Shown here piece after piece: positions 28,787-39,135 of a stretch of DNA of 64,000 nucleotides (its first letter is position 1; each line of letters starts with the position of its first letter). The position numbers were made by a program, and so were the translations under genes. The notes beneath the pieces were generated by a model. The model saw nothing but the letters and a program-made list of their open reading frames with translations, had not been told where the DNA came from and ran no database searches. Location: the UHGV virus genome UHGV-0033546; one strand, 5' to 3'. Source of the DNA: a virus.

Positions 28787-28918
28787 TTAAATTTTCCAGT
28801 TACCATTTTCATCAATAAATTTAATCCAGTCATTTACTGACCACTTGGTCGTATCGCTTTTTGGAGTAACATTTAAAGTATATAACCCTTGTTTAAAAAG
28901 CATTCGTTTGATATTCAT
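28787..28918 (-). CDS. hypothetical small protein
   Basis: 43 aa from ATG 28918 (GAGGA SD); longer starts overlap upstream ORF. Confidence 0.3.
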   Translation of the reverse strand: MNIKRMLFKQGLYTLNVTPKSDTTKWSVNDWIKFIDENGNWKI

Positions 28919-28925
28919 ATTTTCC

Positions 28926-29219
28926 TCAGCTGTAACGATAACACTCATTTGATTTACGTTTAGCAACTCGTTGAGAAGTATTATAATCAAAATCATCGTC
29001 AATGTAAACAGATTTTTTCAATTTTCTTACTTCACCACGTAATTGACGATTTAGCTCATCTTTAACTTCTGAATCGATGCCTTTCATTCTACGCCATTTA
29101 TCTGAGCGAAAAATGTTTTCAACCATATCTTTATGACTTACACCATCAGGAGCTTTACGCTTTCCAAAATAGTCATAATCACGAACTTTTAAGTCTTTAC
29201 GACGATACGTTTTACCCAT
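28926..29219 (-). CDS. hypothetical basic protein
   Basis: 97 aa from ATG 29219 (AGGAA SD). Confidence 0.45.
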   Translation of the reverse strand: MGKTYRRKDLKVRDYDYFGKRKAPDGVSHKDMVENIFRSDKWRRMKGIDSEVKDELNRQLRGEVRKLKKSVYIDDDFDYNTSQRVAKRKSNECYRYS

Positions 29220-29388
29220 GGAGTTTAATTTCCTTAGCAACTGAACTAAATACAGCACGATCGCAAATCAAGCGTTTATTCCATTTAAGTAAAGTATAGT
29301 GAACATCTAGATCATCTACTGCTGTAACAATAACAATATGTCCATTAACACGATAATACTGATCTCTTTTAATCTCTTTATCAACCAT
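29212..29388 (-). CDS. hypothetical small protein (58 aa)
   Basis: ATG 29388 with GAGGA SD; stop overlaps next start. Confidence 0.35.
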   Translation of the reverse strand: MVDKEIKRDQYYRVNGHIVIVTAVDDLDVHYTLLKWNKRLICDRAVFSSVAKEIKLHG

Positions 29389-29418
29389 ATCAAATCCTCA
29401 AAGGCAATTCATATGTTA

Positions 29419-29448
29419 ATAATACCATAGTTTGAACTTGTTGTAAAC
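29419..29448 (-). promoter_or_regulatory. T4-type early promoter
   Basis: minus strand GTTTACA, 18 nt, TGG-TATTAT. Confidence 0.5.
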
Positions 29449-29520
29449 AACTTTGTGAAAATTATTTTAGGTAATGATAAGAAAGGAACGATAGCTTAGA
29501 ATGGTAATATACAGAATGTG

Positions 29521-29543
29521 AGAAAGAAAGGCCCAGAGGGCCC
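29521..29543 (-). terminator. putative terminator after nrdH
   Basis: GGGCC..GGCC hairpin followed by T-rich run on minus strand. Confidence 0.4.
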
Positions 29544-29546
29544 GTC

Positions 29547-29870
29547 TTAATCTTCTATGATATCTCTATCATATCCAAGTGAAATGAGAGTTTCTTTGAA
29601 GTGTTTAATGTTCTTTTGTCTAGAATCATTAATGAAAATGACTGGATACCGAATGTTAAGAGATGTAAATCCAGCACGTTTAGCAAGAGATACAATCAGT
29701 GGACGATCATACTCAATCTTACCATTATTTGTAAGAACTTTATAGAAAGTAAAAGGAGCATTGAGCTCCTTTAGAAGTTTTGTAACTGATTGACATCCAG
29801 GACAACGACCTACTTCATCTGGAATTCCATAGACTTCAATCTTATTCTTTAAGTTCGAGTTTTGTTCCAC
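29547..29870 (-). CDS. nrdH: NrdH-like redoxin
   Basis: CxxC motif (CPGC) after first beta strand; start uncertain, proposed GTG 29870 (AAGGA SD) because first ATG (29999) overlaps upstream ORF by 158 nt. Confidence 0.55.
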   Translation of the reverse strand: MEQNSNLKNKIEVYGIPDEVGRCPGCQSVTKLLKELNAPFTFYKVLTNNGKIEYDRPLIVSLAKRAGFTSLNIRYPVIFINDSRQKNIKHFKETLISLGYDRDIIED

Positions 29871-30153
29871 GAGAAATAATTCCTTGATAAGCCCAATAAG
29901 GAGGATTAACAGAATCCTCACCAGAGTTTTCTTCAGGAAAATAAACTTGGATAACAAATCCAGATGCGTCAAAGGTAAAATAAACTGTAGGCAGTTCACC
30001 TAACAATTCGGCACGAGCATTAATTTCTTCAAGATCGGATTCACGCCCAGCCCAAAAACTAGGATTTAGACTACATTCGTAGAAATAATAGTCATTACCG
30101 AACATATCAAAACCATTCCAGCTTTCCACCACATAACGTTCAAAACTAATCAT
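29842..30153 (-). CDS. hypothetical protein
   Basis: 103-aa ORF(-). Confidence 0.5.
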   Translation of the reverse strand: MISFERYVVESWNGFDMFGNDYYFYECSLNPSFWAGRESDLEEINARAELLGELPTVYFTFDASGFVIQVYFPEENSGEDSVNPPYWAYQGIISRGTKLELKE

Positions 30154-30155
30154 AA

Positions 30156-30371
30156 TTAATCCTTTTTATCAAGAACAGCATTCAGCTTGTTAGTAATTTT
30201 ATCCAGACGCTCATTGAACTCGCTAGAAGACAGTCCTTTTTCTGGAGAAATCAAACTAATTACGAAAAATATAACAATAAAAGGAATAAGGAAAATAGCT
30301 CCAACTGCCATAAACAAAAAGAATGTTACAGTTGTAAGAAAATCAGCTAAACCTTTACGAAATTTATACAT
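30156..30371 (-). CDS. hypothetical membrane protein
   Basis: 71 aa with one long TM segment. Confidence 0.5.
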   Translation of the reverse strand: MYKFRKGLADFLTTVTFFLFMAVGAIFLIPFIVIFFVISLISPEKGLSSSEFNERLDKITNKLNAVLDKKD

Positions 30372-30486
30372 ATTTTACCCTTAATTGATTAACCAAGCAT
30401 TGATAAGCACTAAACTATACTGCGAATAAAATTCTGGACCAAAATGAAAAATCATATCATTTATAGTATCCATAATGTAATTCAAT

Positions 30487-30957
30487 TTAATCATGTTTCC
30501 ACACCCCATTGGTATTTGACCAAAGCCGCTGATTATCTGATCCTCGCCACAGCTTTTTGGTCGGAAGATTTTTCTCATACTTCCCATCAATAATAACATC
30601 AACATATTTAAGCATTTCTAGTTGTTTAATATCTTCAAACTTATATCCTGTCCACAACCAAATGCTTTTATTTGGATAAAGATTTTTGATAGTTTGAACC
30701 ACAGAGTGAATTACATCTCTATTATCAGGATAAAGAGGGTCACCTCCGGTTATAGTTAATCCTTCTATATAATCGTTATTCAAGCATTCAATTAATTGTT
30801 CCAGTGTTTCACCAGTGAATGGAATACCATTTCTAGCATTCCATGTTGATTTATTATAACACCCTTCGCATTTATGCAAACAACCTGTAACGAAAAGAAC
30901 GGTCCTGCACCCAGGACCATTAATAAAATCGCAAGGATAAATTCTATCGTAATTCAT
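30487..30957 (-). CDS. nrdG: anaerobic ribonucleotide reductase activating protein NrdG
   Basis: 156 aa; radical-SAM CLHKCEGC. Confidence 0.9.
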   Translation of the reverse strand: MNYDRIYPCDFINGPGCRTVLFVTGCLHKCEGCYNKSTWNARNGIPFTGETLEQLIECLNNDYIEGLTITGGDPLYPDNRDVIHSVVQTIKNLYPNKSIWLWTGYKFEDIKQLEMLKYVDVIIDGKYEKNLPTKKLWRGSDNQRLWSNTNGVWKHD

Positions 30958-32771
30958 TGATGCTTAACCCTATGCATGATTTCTTTATTTTTACCGAGAT
31001 TAAATCCGCGTTCGTTCGGGTTTCCCAAATATCCGCATGTTCTTCTTATGGTATTCATCTTTTTAGGATCAGTTTCTCCACAAATAGAACAAACAAATCC
31101 GGTTTCAGTAGGAGTCATTTCATGGGTACTTCCACATGTAAAACATTTATCTACTGGCATGTTAACACCAAAATAATCTAAATGTTGTGCAGCATAATCC
31201 CATACAGCCTCAAGACCTTTTAAGTTATTTTTCATATCAGGAAGTTCAACATAAGAAATGTGACCACCTGTTGCAATGAAATGATATGGTGCTTCACGAG
31301 AAATCTTTTCAAACGGGGTGATATTTTCTTCTACTGAAACGTGGAAACTGTTAGTGTACCAGCCTTTATCAGTAACATCCTTTACACTTCCATATTTTTC
31401 GGTATCAAGTTTACAGAAGCGATAACAAAGGTTTTCAGCGGGTGTAGAATACAAGCTAAAAGCAAAACCGGTTCTTTCAGTCCACTGCTTAAGATGAGCA
31501 TTCATTTTAGTTAAAATTTCCTGTCCAATATCACGACCAACAAGAATATTCAATTCATGAATACCAATGTATCCTAGAGACACTGAACTTCTGCCGTTTT
31601 TAAATAACTCAATTATATCGTCATCAGGTTTAAGACGAACCCCGAATGCACCTTCTTGATAAAGAATAGGAGCAACAGTCGCTTTAACTCCTTTTAAGGA
31701 ACTAATTCTACACATCAAAGCTTCAAAACACAAATCCATTCGCTCATTGAATAATTCAACAAATTTCTGTTCATTGAACTGTGTTCCAATATAAGAATCT
31801 AACGCAATGCGAGGAAGATTCAGTGTTACAACACCAAGATTATTACGTCCATCAAGAATTTCATTACCAGTCGAATCTTTCCATACGCTCAAGAAACTAC
31901 GGCAACCCATTGGAGAAACAGGAACAGATGAACCAGTGATAGCTTTATTGTTCTTAGCTGAAATAATATCAGGATACATCCTTTTGCTTGCACACTCTAG
32001 AGCAAGCAGTTTAATATCATAGTTCGGGTCGTCTTTATAAAGATTAACACCTTCTTCAACGAACATAACAAGCTTAGGGAAAATAGGAGTTATCCCATCA
32101 CGACCAAGACCTTTAATGCGATTTTTCAGAATTGCTTTCTGAATCATTCGTTCAGTCCAGTCAGTTCCCGTACCAAATGTAATTGTTACAAAAGGCGTTT
32201 GTCCGTTTGAACTAAAGAGAGTATTTACTTCATATTCATAAGCTTGGAATGCATCGTATACGTCTTTTTCTGTTTTAGATTGAGCATAATTTAACGCATC
32301 AGCGATTTGCCATTTTTCTGCATCCTCAATATGTTTTGCATAGGTGCGTTTAACATAAGGAGAAAGTACTTTATCTACATTCGCAAAAGTCGTTCCGCCA
32401 TATTGGTGAGAAGCAACCTGTGCAGTAATTTGTGCCATAATTGCAGTAGCAACGCCAATTGATTTAGGAGTTTCAATCTGTGCATTACCAAGCTTAAATC
32501 CGTTCTCAAGCATTCCTTTTAAATCTACTAAACAGCAATTAGTAAATGGAAGAGCAGGGGAATAATCAATATCGTGGAAATGAATAATTCCGCTTTCATG
32601 CGCTTTCATAATAAAAGACGGGACCATATTTTTGGCAATGTGTTTAGACACAATACCAGCCATAAGGTCCCGTTGAGTTGGAAAAACACGAGAATCTTTA
32701 TTAGCATTCTCGTTTAAAAGGTCTTTATTAGTTTTATGAATTAATCCTTCAATTTCTTTTTCAATTGTCAT
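30954..32771 (-). CDS. nrdD: anaerobic ribonucleoside-triphosphate reductase NrdD (intronless)
   Basis: 605 aa continuous; C-terminal glycyl radical RRTCGYLG; zinc ribbon CFTCGS...CSICGE. Confidence 0.95.
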   Translation of the reverse strand: MTIEKEIEGLIHKTNKDLLNENANKDSRVFPTQRDLMAGIVSKHIAKNMVPSFIMKAHESGIIHFHDIDYSPALPFTNCCLVDLKGMLENGFKLGNAQIETPKSIGVATAIMAQITAQVASHQYGGTTFANVDKVLSPYVKRTYAKHIEDAEKWQIADALNYAQSKTEKDVYDAFQAYEYEVNTLFSSNGQTPFVTITFGTGTDWTERMIQKAILKNRIKGLGRDGITPIFPKLVMFVEEGVNLYKDDPNYDIKLLALECASKRMYPDIISAKNNKAITGSSVPVSPMGCRSFLSVWKDSTGNEILDGRNNLGVVTLNLPRIALDSYIGTQFNEQKFVELFNERMDLCFEALMCRISSLKGVKATVAPILYQEGAFGVRLKPDDDIIELFKNGRSSVSLGYIGIHELNILVGRDIGQEILTKMNAHLKQWTERTGFAFSLYSTPAENLCYRFCKLDTEKYGSVKDVTDKGWYTNSFHVSVEENITPFEKISREAPYHFIATGGHISYVELPDMKNNLKGLEAVWDYAAQHLDYFGVNMPVDKCFTCGSTHEMTPTETGFVCSICGETDPKKMNTIRRTCGYLGNPNERGFNLGKNKEIMHRVKHQ

Positions 32772-33241
32772 TTTAAACTCTTTCTAAGCTGCTTCTTAAA
32801 TGAAGCTATTAATTGTGTTTTGGTGTCAGATTCATTATATTCAAATCCTCTTTGAAGCATCTCAGCCATCATTTCCTCTTTTCCTAAACGAGAAAATTCC
32901 TTTGATTTATCTCCAACGAAGTTAGGGTGAATATTATTTTGGGTGTAATCGGATTTTAAATAAGTAAGTAAATTTTCTAACCATTCAAGATAATCAACGC
33001 CTTGTCCCTTTAAGCCAGAACGATTAAATTTGTGTTTCATTTGACCTTCCGCAGCATTACATAAATTACAAAGCAATCCACGTACCTTTCCCGCTTTTGG
33101 TCCATTTAATTCATGGTCATGGTCGAGGTGATTAGCTTGAACATCAGGATTTAGTTCTCGTTGGCAAATTAAGCATTTACCGTTTTGTGCATCATAAAAT
33201 TTCTGTTTTTCTTCTTTGTATAATTTGCCAGTCAATAACAT
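32768..33241 (-). CDS. 49: endonuclease VII (Holliday junction resolvase) gp49
   Basis: 157 aa essentially identical to recalled T4 endo VII. Confidence 0.9.
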   Translation of the reverse strand: MLLTGKLYKEEKQKFYDAQNGKCLICQRELNPDVQANHLDHDHELNGPKAGKVRGLLCNLCNAAEGQMKHKFNRSGLKGQGVDYLEWLENLLTYLKSDYTQNNIHPNFVGDKSKEFSRLGKEEMMAEMLQRGFEYNESDTKTQLIASFKKQLRKSLK

Positions 33242-33289
33242 AATAAACCCTTACCTTAAATAGATAAGGGTATTTATTATTTTCAAGTA

Positions 33290-33754
33290 TTAAAATGCTC
33301 GGTCAGAAAAAGAAATTTGAGTTTCAAGCCATTCAATATATTCTGCCGCGGCTTGCATTAAATTTCCTTCATAATCATCAATATCTTTTTTCAACGCCGA
33401 TTTAGATAATGCGTATGAAATGCGTTCACCCTGAAATCCAGCTTTAGGCTTCTGAACAACTTGATTAGTTCGCTCTACAACTTCTTCAATTTCGCCATTT
33501 TCTGCTGATTCAGTATTCCACAAGCACCAATACGTAATTGGCTTATCGTAGATATTAATAATCTTTCCATCAGAAAGTTCAATTTCAATAATTCCAGTAT
33601 CAGGTTCTATATCATCTTCGCATTCTTTTGCAAGTTCACGAACTTTAAAGACAGTACCTGCACTAAGTTCCGGCCAGTAATTACACAGCCCTTTATCAGC
33701 ACGATTAATTCTAAACCACTTATCTACTGCAATCATATCCCATCTCCATATCAA
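33290..33754 (-). CDS. hypothetical protein (possible Pin-like by position)
   Basis: 154-aa ORF(-) immediately downstream of gene 49. Confidence 0.5.
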   Translation of the reverse strand: MIWRWDMIAVDKWFRINRADKGLCNYWPELSAGTVFKVRELAKECEDDIEPDTGIIEIELSDGKIINIYDKPITYWCLWNTESAENGEIEEVVERTNQVVQKPKAGFQGERISYALSKSALKKDIDDYEGNLMQAAAEYIEWLETQISFSDRAF

Positions 33755-33859
33755 TTAAGTCGTTTATCGTTGGTTCATTATATACTGTTTCTTCATCAGT
33801 GTAAACCGGTTCTTCCGGCTCTGGCTCTACTGTTTCCCATCTAGCCGCCCACCAAGGTT

Positions 33860-34207
33860 TTATAGCGTAATCCATTCTCGTATTGTCTGAGTTACTACAC
33901 GTTCACGGGGCTCGACTAGTTCAACAGTCGGAACTGCATAATACCAGTCAGAATGGTAAGAACCTGAGCGAGTTTCATTTACGGAAACATGTACATTGTG
34001 TTTTGGACTAAAATAAACACACTGACGATATTGGCATTTACCATCTTGCACCCAGTCTTCTATTTCGATAGGTTTAAGATAATCCGAAAAATCAAAATCA
34101 TAGTTTTCTGAAAATGCATCATGGTCTTCAATGATTTCATTCAGAACTGCATCAACATCGTAAATCATATTTACCCCAGTTTGACTATACAATCGCCATA
34201 TTTCCAT
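33860..34207 (-). CDS. hypothetical protein
   Basis: 115-aa ORF(-). Confidence 0.5.
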   Translation of the reverse strand: MEIWRLYSQTGVNMIYDVDAVLNEIIEDHDAFSENYDFDFSDYLKPIEIEDWVQDGKCQYRQCVYFSPKHNVHVSVNETRSGSYHSDWYYAVPTVELVEPRERVVTQTIREWITL

Positions 34208-34386
34208 TTAGAAATAGACTTTTCACCATTAGAATAATAAACTTCAAGTTTAGCACGGTTATTTTTAATTTGAATAACCTTGGCTGTCATCAAAGTTCCA
34301 TACCCATAATAAACTGCAACCTCATCACCTACATATACCGCGCTTCCGCGGTAGTCATGGATATAATCAGTTTCTTCGAGCATCAT
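34171..34386 (-). CDS. hypothetical protein
   Basis: 71-aa ORF(-). Confidence 0.45.
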   Translation of the reverse strand: MMLEETDYIHDYRGSAVYVGDEVAVYYGYGTLMTAKVIQIKNNRAKLEVYYSNGEKSISKWKYGDCIVKLG

Positions 34387-34646
34387 TTAAAGTATTCCCG
34401 CAATTGGTCAAATCCACCGATATGACTTCCATCAGGAGCAAATACCTGAGGCATCGTCAAACCGATTTGAGTATCACGACCTAGTTTGGTCAGAAGCTCA
34501 GCGATTTTCTCATCATCAAAAACACCTTTTTCTGGCATAATATTGATAAATTCAAACGGCTGTTTCTTCACGGTCAGAAGACGCTTTGCATTATCGCAAT
34601 ACACGCATTTATGGATGTTGCTATCATAACCATATACTTTAAACAT
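34383..34646 (-). CDS. nrdC: thioredoxin/glutaredoxin NrdC
   Basis: 87 aa; CVYC active site; matches recalled T4 NrdC. Confidence 0.8.
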   Translation of the reverse strand: MFKVYGYDSNIHKCVYCDNAKRLLTVKKQPFEFINIMPEKGVFDDEKIAELLTKLGRDTQIGLTMPQVFAPDGSHIGGFDQLREYFK

Positions 34647-34647
34647 A

Positions 34648-34890
34648 TTATTCCTTAATTCCTAGTACTTGTTTAAAAGTCTCATCGTAATCAAGACTTT
34701 GGCCTGTTTGTTCTTTATGTTTGTATATAATATCACTTACTTCTGATAGCATATTTTTATATGAACGAGTTAAAGCAGATTTAAGAACGCTGTATCTATC
34801 AGGAAATTTACCATGTTCATTATAATAAGCTATTGCTAATTCACGGACTGCCTTTTCAGCAGTCTCCATATATTCTTTACGCTTTGTCAT
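34648..34890 (-). CDS. hypothetical protein
   Basis: 80-aa ORF(-). Confidence 0.5.
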
Positions 34891-35194
34891 TTTCTTCTCG
34901 GTTAAATCGGTGTTTGCAATGACGGCATTTATAACGAAGAATACTAGTCTGCCAATGAATTAATTGAACCTGTTCAGTACCGCATTCAGGACAATTAGGA
35001 ACGTTTTTAGAAGCCCTTTCACGACGTTCAACCATAACCATAATAGCATCCCAGGCTGGAGGTTTAAAATCTAAATCATCACAACCATGAATCTTTCCAC
35101 GCATTTCCAGATCGTCTTCTTCACCCGCTATAATAATTTTAATTAGACTGGAATTACTTGAAGCTGCAATATCTTCTAATAGACGCTTTTTCAT
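34877..35194 (-). CDS. hypothetical zinc-ribbon protein
   Basis: 105 aa; CPECG...CRHCKH. Confidence 0.5.
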
Positions 35195-36117
35195 TTCAAT
35201 ACCTCAATAGCATTACGTAAACCATTTGCTTTGGTGGTTAAAGCCTTAAGAACTTTGGTATGCTCTTCAATTTGTTTTTCAACTTCAATCAAACGAGCAT
35301 TGAGATATTCGCGTTCTTCTTTCATAGTATCATTCCCATGATTGAATTTTGGCGTAGGTTTAAATTCGCTGGGGTCCTTTAACTTAATAACAAATTTAGT
35401 TTCAAACAGTGAAAGACCATAATTCGTATTATCATCAAAGGATTCAACTACATCCATATTAGATAATAACTCACGCAAATTATAAGCCAAAGAACTAATA
35501 GTTTCATTGTGTTTATTAGCTTCGCGCGGTTTCATATACGGAAGATTTTTATATATCTCGTGCGGAGCACAAACAATAATTGACAATTCAAATTGTCCAT
35601 TCTGGGATGATGGAGTGAATTTAGCAGTAACCCAGTCTTTTACATTCACATTAATAGTACGGTTATCACCATGACAAAACAGTCTACGAGAATGCTTAAA
35701 AAGCATATTAACGTTCTCATTAAATTCACTTGAAAACTCACTAGCGAATTTTTCTTTACTATTTTTAGAAAACCATTCTTCTAAATAAGTTCTTTTCACG
35801 TCATTAATAATATTAAATGTAACAACACTAGCATTTGATATATTAGTCTCAATGTAGCTCGGATACATAAATTTTTTAACATTATTAACAGCTATCACAG
35901 AAGATAGTAATCGGGAACGTTTGAACCACTCGAGCAAAGAACCAAGAGAATGTGAATACGCATTTTGTGTATCTTTACAAATATGGTTTTCCCATCCAAT
36001 ATAGTCTAAAAAATCACGAAGAATATTATTGATTACTGCTCTGTGTCCTATCTGATAATTACGATGTTTAGTAATAAGACTGTCAAAATAATCAATATAA
36101 TGTTTACGAGTTTTCAT
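35191..36117 (-). CDS. hypothetical protein, paralog family member 1 (C-terminal coiled coil)
   Basis: 308 aa; N-terminus MKTRKHY; heptad-rich C-terminus. Confidence 0.55.
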   Translation of the reverse strand: MKTRKHYIDYFDSLITKHRNYQIGHRAVINNILRDFLDYIGWENHICKDTQNAYSHSLGSLLEWFKRSRLLSSVIAVNNVKKFMYPSYIETNISNASVVTFNIINDVKRTYLEEWFSKNSKEKFASEFSSEFNENVNMLFKHSRRLFCHGDNRTINVNVKDWVTAKFTPSSQNGQFELSIIVCAPHEIYKNLPYMKPREANKHNETISSLAYNLRELLSNMDVVESFDDNTNYGLSLFETKFVIKLKDPSEFKPTPKFNHGNDTMKEEREYLNARLIEVEKQIEEHTKVLKALTTKANGLRNAIEVLK

Positions 36118-36169
36118 ATTCTTCTCACTTGGTTAATGATTTATGCTCCAAGCCATCCTTGGCTTTAAA

Positions 36170-37171
36170 TTACTTAATTAACTGTAAAGCTTGTTCAAGA
36201 CGATCCAGGCGATTAACAGATTCTTCCCAAATCCTTTTAGCCTGTTCATATTCTTTTTGCGCTTTATTAGAAATTTCTAGAACTTCTTTATAAGCTTTTT
36301 CTAGTGCAATAACTTCTGGACGAATTTCTACTGGTTCAGGCGAATCGTCAAGATTATCCATTAGTTCCTCAAGGGTAGTTTCTTCTTTAGGAGTATTCAC
36401 AATTTCATCACATTTTTGTTGGTAAATTTCTTTATCAGTCGGTGAATACGCACACTTTACTTCACGAAGACTAACTACAATTTTATATCCTTCCCAACCG
36501 CACATATTCTTAAAAGGATAAGTATGAATATTTTCTACTGTTTCCATACATCCAAAAGCTGTCTCTAATTGATGAGTTATAGTGCTAGCAATTGAGAAAA
36601 ATTTATTAATATTCTTTTGGTTAGCTTCTGGTGTAAAAAATTCATAATTCACAAAAATAGCTACTTTATTTTTATCAAGCTCGTATTCTTTTACGATAAT
36701 CATATCAGAAGCTAAAGGATGAATTTGACGATAATCGCCATAGCATAATTTAGAAGCGGATTTTATAATTTGCTTCTTGAAAAGTCTGAAATTACTAACC
36801 CAACGACGAGTAAAAATATTCTCAGGGTCTTCTTTATTATTAAGATGATAAGAATTAACATCACCGAACCAATTATATCCTACTACATTTTTAGTTCGTT
36901 TAATTTCTTTCCCAAATTTACCAAAAATATCCCGATTAACCAAATATGAAAGAAGACGAGACCCTTTAAAGGTTTCCTTAATATCATCTTTATCTGTATG
37001 ACTAGAAATTTTACGAACTTCATGAATAAATTTACTTGAAGAAACAATACTTACATCAGTATTATTGAGCCACTGATTGATAATAGAAAGAACACTATTC
37101 TGACTAGACATAGGTTTAACTTTATCATCAATAACGCTATTGAATGATTTGATATATTCGTTACGAGTCAT
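36170..37171 (-). CDS. hypothetical protein, paralog family member 2
   Basis: 333 aa from ATG 37171 (GAGGAG SD; MTRNEY...); shares QLxxAFxxM motif with member 3. Confidence 0.55.
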   Translation of the reverse strand: MTRNEYIKSFNSVIDDKVKPMSSQNSVLSIINQWLNNTDVSIVSSSKFIHEVRKISSHTDKDDIKETFKGSRLLSYLVNRDIFGKFGKEIKRTKNVVGYNWFGDVNSYHLNNKEDPENIFTRRWVSNFRLFKKQIIKSASKLCYGDYRQIHPLASDMIIVKEYELDKNKVAIFVNYEFFTPEANQKNINKFFSIASTITHQLETAFGCMETVENIHTYPFKNMCGWEGYKIVVSLREVKCAYSPTDKEIYQQKCDEIVNTPKEETTLEELMDNLDDSPEPVEIRPEVIALEKAYKEVLEISNKAQKEYEQAKRIWEESVNRLDRLEQALQLIK

Positions 37172-37228
37172 ATTAATCTCCTCAGTAGAAAGTAAGAACA
37201 TTATACCACATCCTTGTGGCAAAGTAAA

Positions 37229-38233
37229 CTAGTTTAGTGCATTTAGTGCATTGTTCAGTTTAGAACGTTGTTTTGTCAGATTTTGAACCCTTGACTGTGC
37301 TTGTTCTAACACCTTTTCAGCTTCTAACATTTCATTAGTTGCTTTAACTAATTCATCATCTACTGCTTTAAGAGACTTCTCAATCGCATCGGCGTGCCAT
37401 TTTTCTACAGGTTTAAAATTTGAATTTTCAGTAGGAAGAAAACTCACTTTATTAAGTTTACATGCATCTATGTTACTTGAACTATACATCCAGCATTTAG
37501 GATCGTTTGATGAACAGTTAGTTTGGGGTTCAGGTTTTTTCTCTTGCGGGACTTCGTCCTTTCTCAAAAAATCGTATTTAAATGAAACGATCATATCAAG
37601 TTCATATGTTGTTGTGTCTAATTTAAATCGCTCAAAACGAGGTAAAATCTTAGACTGAACAGCGGCAACAACATCCATATACTTAAATGCTTCTGTCAAC
37701 TGTGATTTAAGGCATTCACAAATTGAAAGAGAATTTTTTGTATTAGGTTTAAAGCTAATTCGTGCAGTTCTATTATTTTCTTTTAATGGTCTTACTTCCA
37801 TCTGAAGAGTATAACCATCAAATTTCAGATTCTTTAAGTTAATATCAGAACCTTTTAATCGACTAGCTGTGGACAAAATTTGTTTTAGTTGTGTACGGAA
37901 TAGAGCAATAAATCTCCATTCAATACGATAATGATTTGGATTGAAAAATCCAGATGATAAATCAACCTTACTCTGACCAACACCTTGAACAAATAGAGGA
38001 TTTTTATAATCAATAGTTTTACAGAAATCGGTGAGCTGCTCACGAGCAGTCATTTGTGTAATATACCCCGCTTTACTAAAATGACGTAACCATTCACTGC
38101 TATTCATATATTTAAAGTGAATATCATGATTAACTTTATCAGGGTCTAAATTATTTTGACACAAAAATGTCATAACATCACGAGTATAGCTGGCATTACG
38201 AACCATATCTTCAATTTGAGAACGAGTTTTCAT
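37229..38233 (-). CDS. hypothetical protein, paralog family member 3
   Basis: 334 aa; MKTRSQ... N-terminus; coiled-coil C-terminus. Confidence 0.55.
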   Translation of the reverse strand: MKTRSQIEDMVRNASYTRDVMTFLCQNNLDPDKVNHDIHFKYMNSSEWLRHFSKAGYITQMTAREQLTDFCKTIDYKNPLFVQGVGQSKVDLSSGFFNPNHYRIEWRFIALFRTQLKQILSTASRLKGSDINLKNLKFDGYTLQMEVRPLKENNRTARISFKPNTKNSLSICECLKSQLTEAFKYMDVVAAVQSKILPRFERFKLDTTTYELDMIVSFKYDFLRKDEVPQEKKPEPQTNCSSNDPKCWMYSSSNIDACKLNKVSFLPTENSNFKPVEKWHADAIEKSLKAVDDELVKATNEMLEAEKVLEQAQSRVQNLTKQRSKLNNALNALN

Positions 38234-38241
38234 GGTGTTCC

Positions 38242-38847
38242 TTAAGATTTAAGTAAATCAACAATTTTAATTAACTTTTCACGCTCAGATTTAGCTTTAC
38301 TACTCAATCCAGATAGTCTGAAAATTTCATCATCATATTGTTGAATAGAAATATTCAGTTCTTCAATCTGTTTATTAAAATAATCAATTTGTTCAGAGTG
38401 TTTTTCGTTACTACGAACTGGTACGGGTTTCGTAGGCAATTTAGTTGAACTAGATTCATCCGGGCGATAAATTAAAATACAACTTGAACCAATTGGGCAT
38501 TTTGCACCAGATGAATATTCCAATGTTCCAGATTCTTTTAAAACTTCAAAAGCTAAACAGAGATGATGCCCCATATTAACATAATCTGTAGAGCGAGCTC
38601 TGATGTAATAATCATCGCCACGAATACTAAATTTAAAGCATTTAAGGTCTTCTGTATTATTGGTCTTAAAAATCATTTGCTTATCTAGACCTTTAGCTAA
38701 TCGAGCGCCTAATGCTAATAATCGTCGCTGATTTTCCCACAAATCCGCAATCATTTGATCGAATGACAATTTCGGCATCAGTCGACCATAAAGATCATAG
38801 CCTTTATTATAATTACGAAGGATTTCACTCGCGTTAATACGAGACAA
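38242..38847 (-). CDS. hypothetical protein, paralog family member 4 (shorter)
   Basis: 201 aa; MSRINASE... N-terminus; N-terminal 70 nt overlap upstream ORF. Confidence 0.5.
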   Translation of the reverse strand: MSRINASEILRNYNKGYDLYGRLMPKLSFDQMIADLWENQRRLLALGARLAKGLDKQMIFKTNNTEDLKCFKFSIRGDDYYIRARSTDYVNMGHHLCLAFEVLKESGTLEYSSGAKCPIGSSCILIYRPDESSSTKLPTKPVPVRSNEKHSEQIDYFNKQIEELNISIQQYDDEIFRLSGLSSKAKSEREKLIKIVDLLKS

Positions 38848-39128
38848 TGCTCCAATTTATTAAGGGCTTTCATAATGCGATTAGATAAACCCATTCCAGA
38901 CCCATTTGTTCGCTGCAAATGTTTTTCTAATCCAAATCCAATATCAACTTTAAACTTATCTAAAATTTCTGCATGAACATCTCTGTCAATAACATTCAAA
39001 TCCAAAGTTGGGTTAAATCTATGAAAAAATTTATCTGGCTCTCCACGACGAAGTACAGTCCATTCATTCAATTTTTTATTAACTAAAGATTTAATTACTG
39101 CATTGACATTATTAATCACTACTGGCAT
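38778..39128 (-). CDS. hypothetical protein
   Basis: 116 aa from ATG 39128 (GAGGAAA SD). Confidence 0.45.
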   Translation of the reverse strand: MPVVINNVNAVIKSLVNKKLNEWTVLRRGEPDKFFHRFNPTLDLNVIDRDVHAEILDKFKVDIGFGLEKHLQRTNGSGMGLSNRIMKALNKLEHCLVLTRVKSFVIIIKAMIFMVD

Positions 39129-39135
39129 ATTTTCC

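Noticed and set aside
29871-29999. N-terminal extension of the nrdH ORF from ATG 29999
   Set aside because: Hydrophobic low-complexity translation overlapping the upstream 103-aa ORF by 158 nt; GTG 29870 with AAGGA SD preferred.
30381-30605. 74-aa ORF overlapping the nrdG 3' end
   Set aside because: Mostly alternative frame of nrdG; only a possible 37-aa remnant (30381..30494) lies outside it, too uncertain to annotate.
30954-32771. Search for a group I intron or intron-encoded endonuclease in nrdD
   Set aside because: Reading frame is continuous for 605 codons with intact glycyl-radical C-terminus; no intron present.
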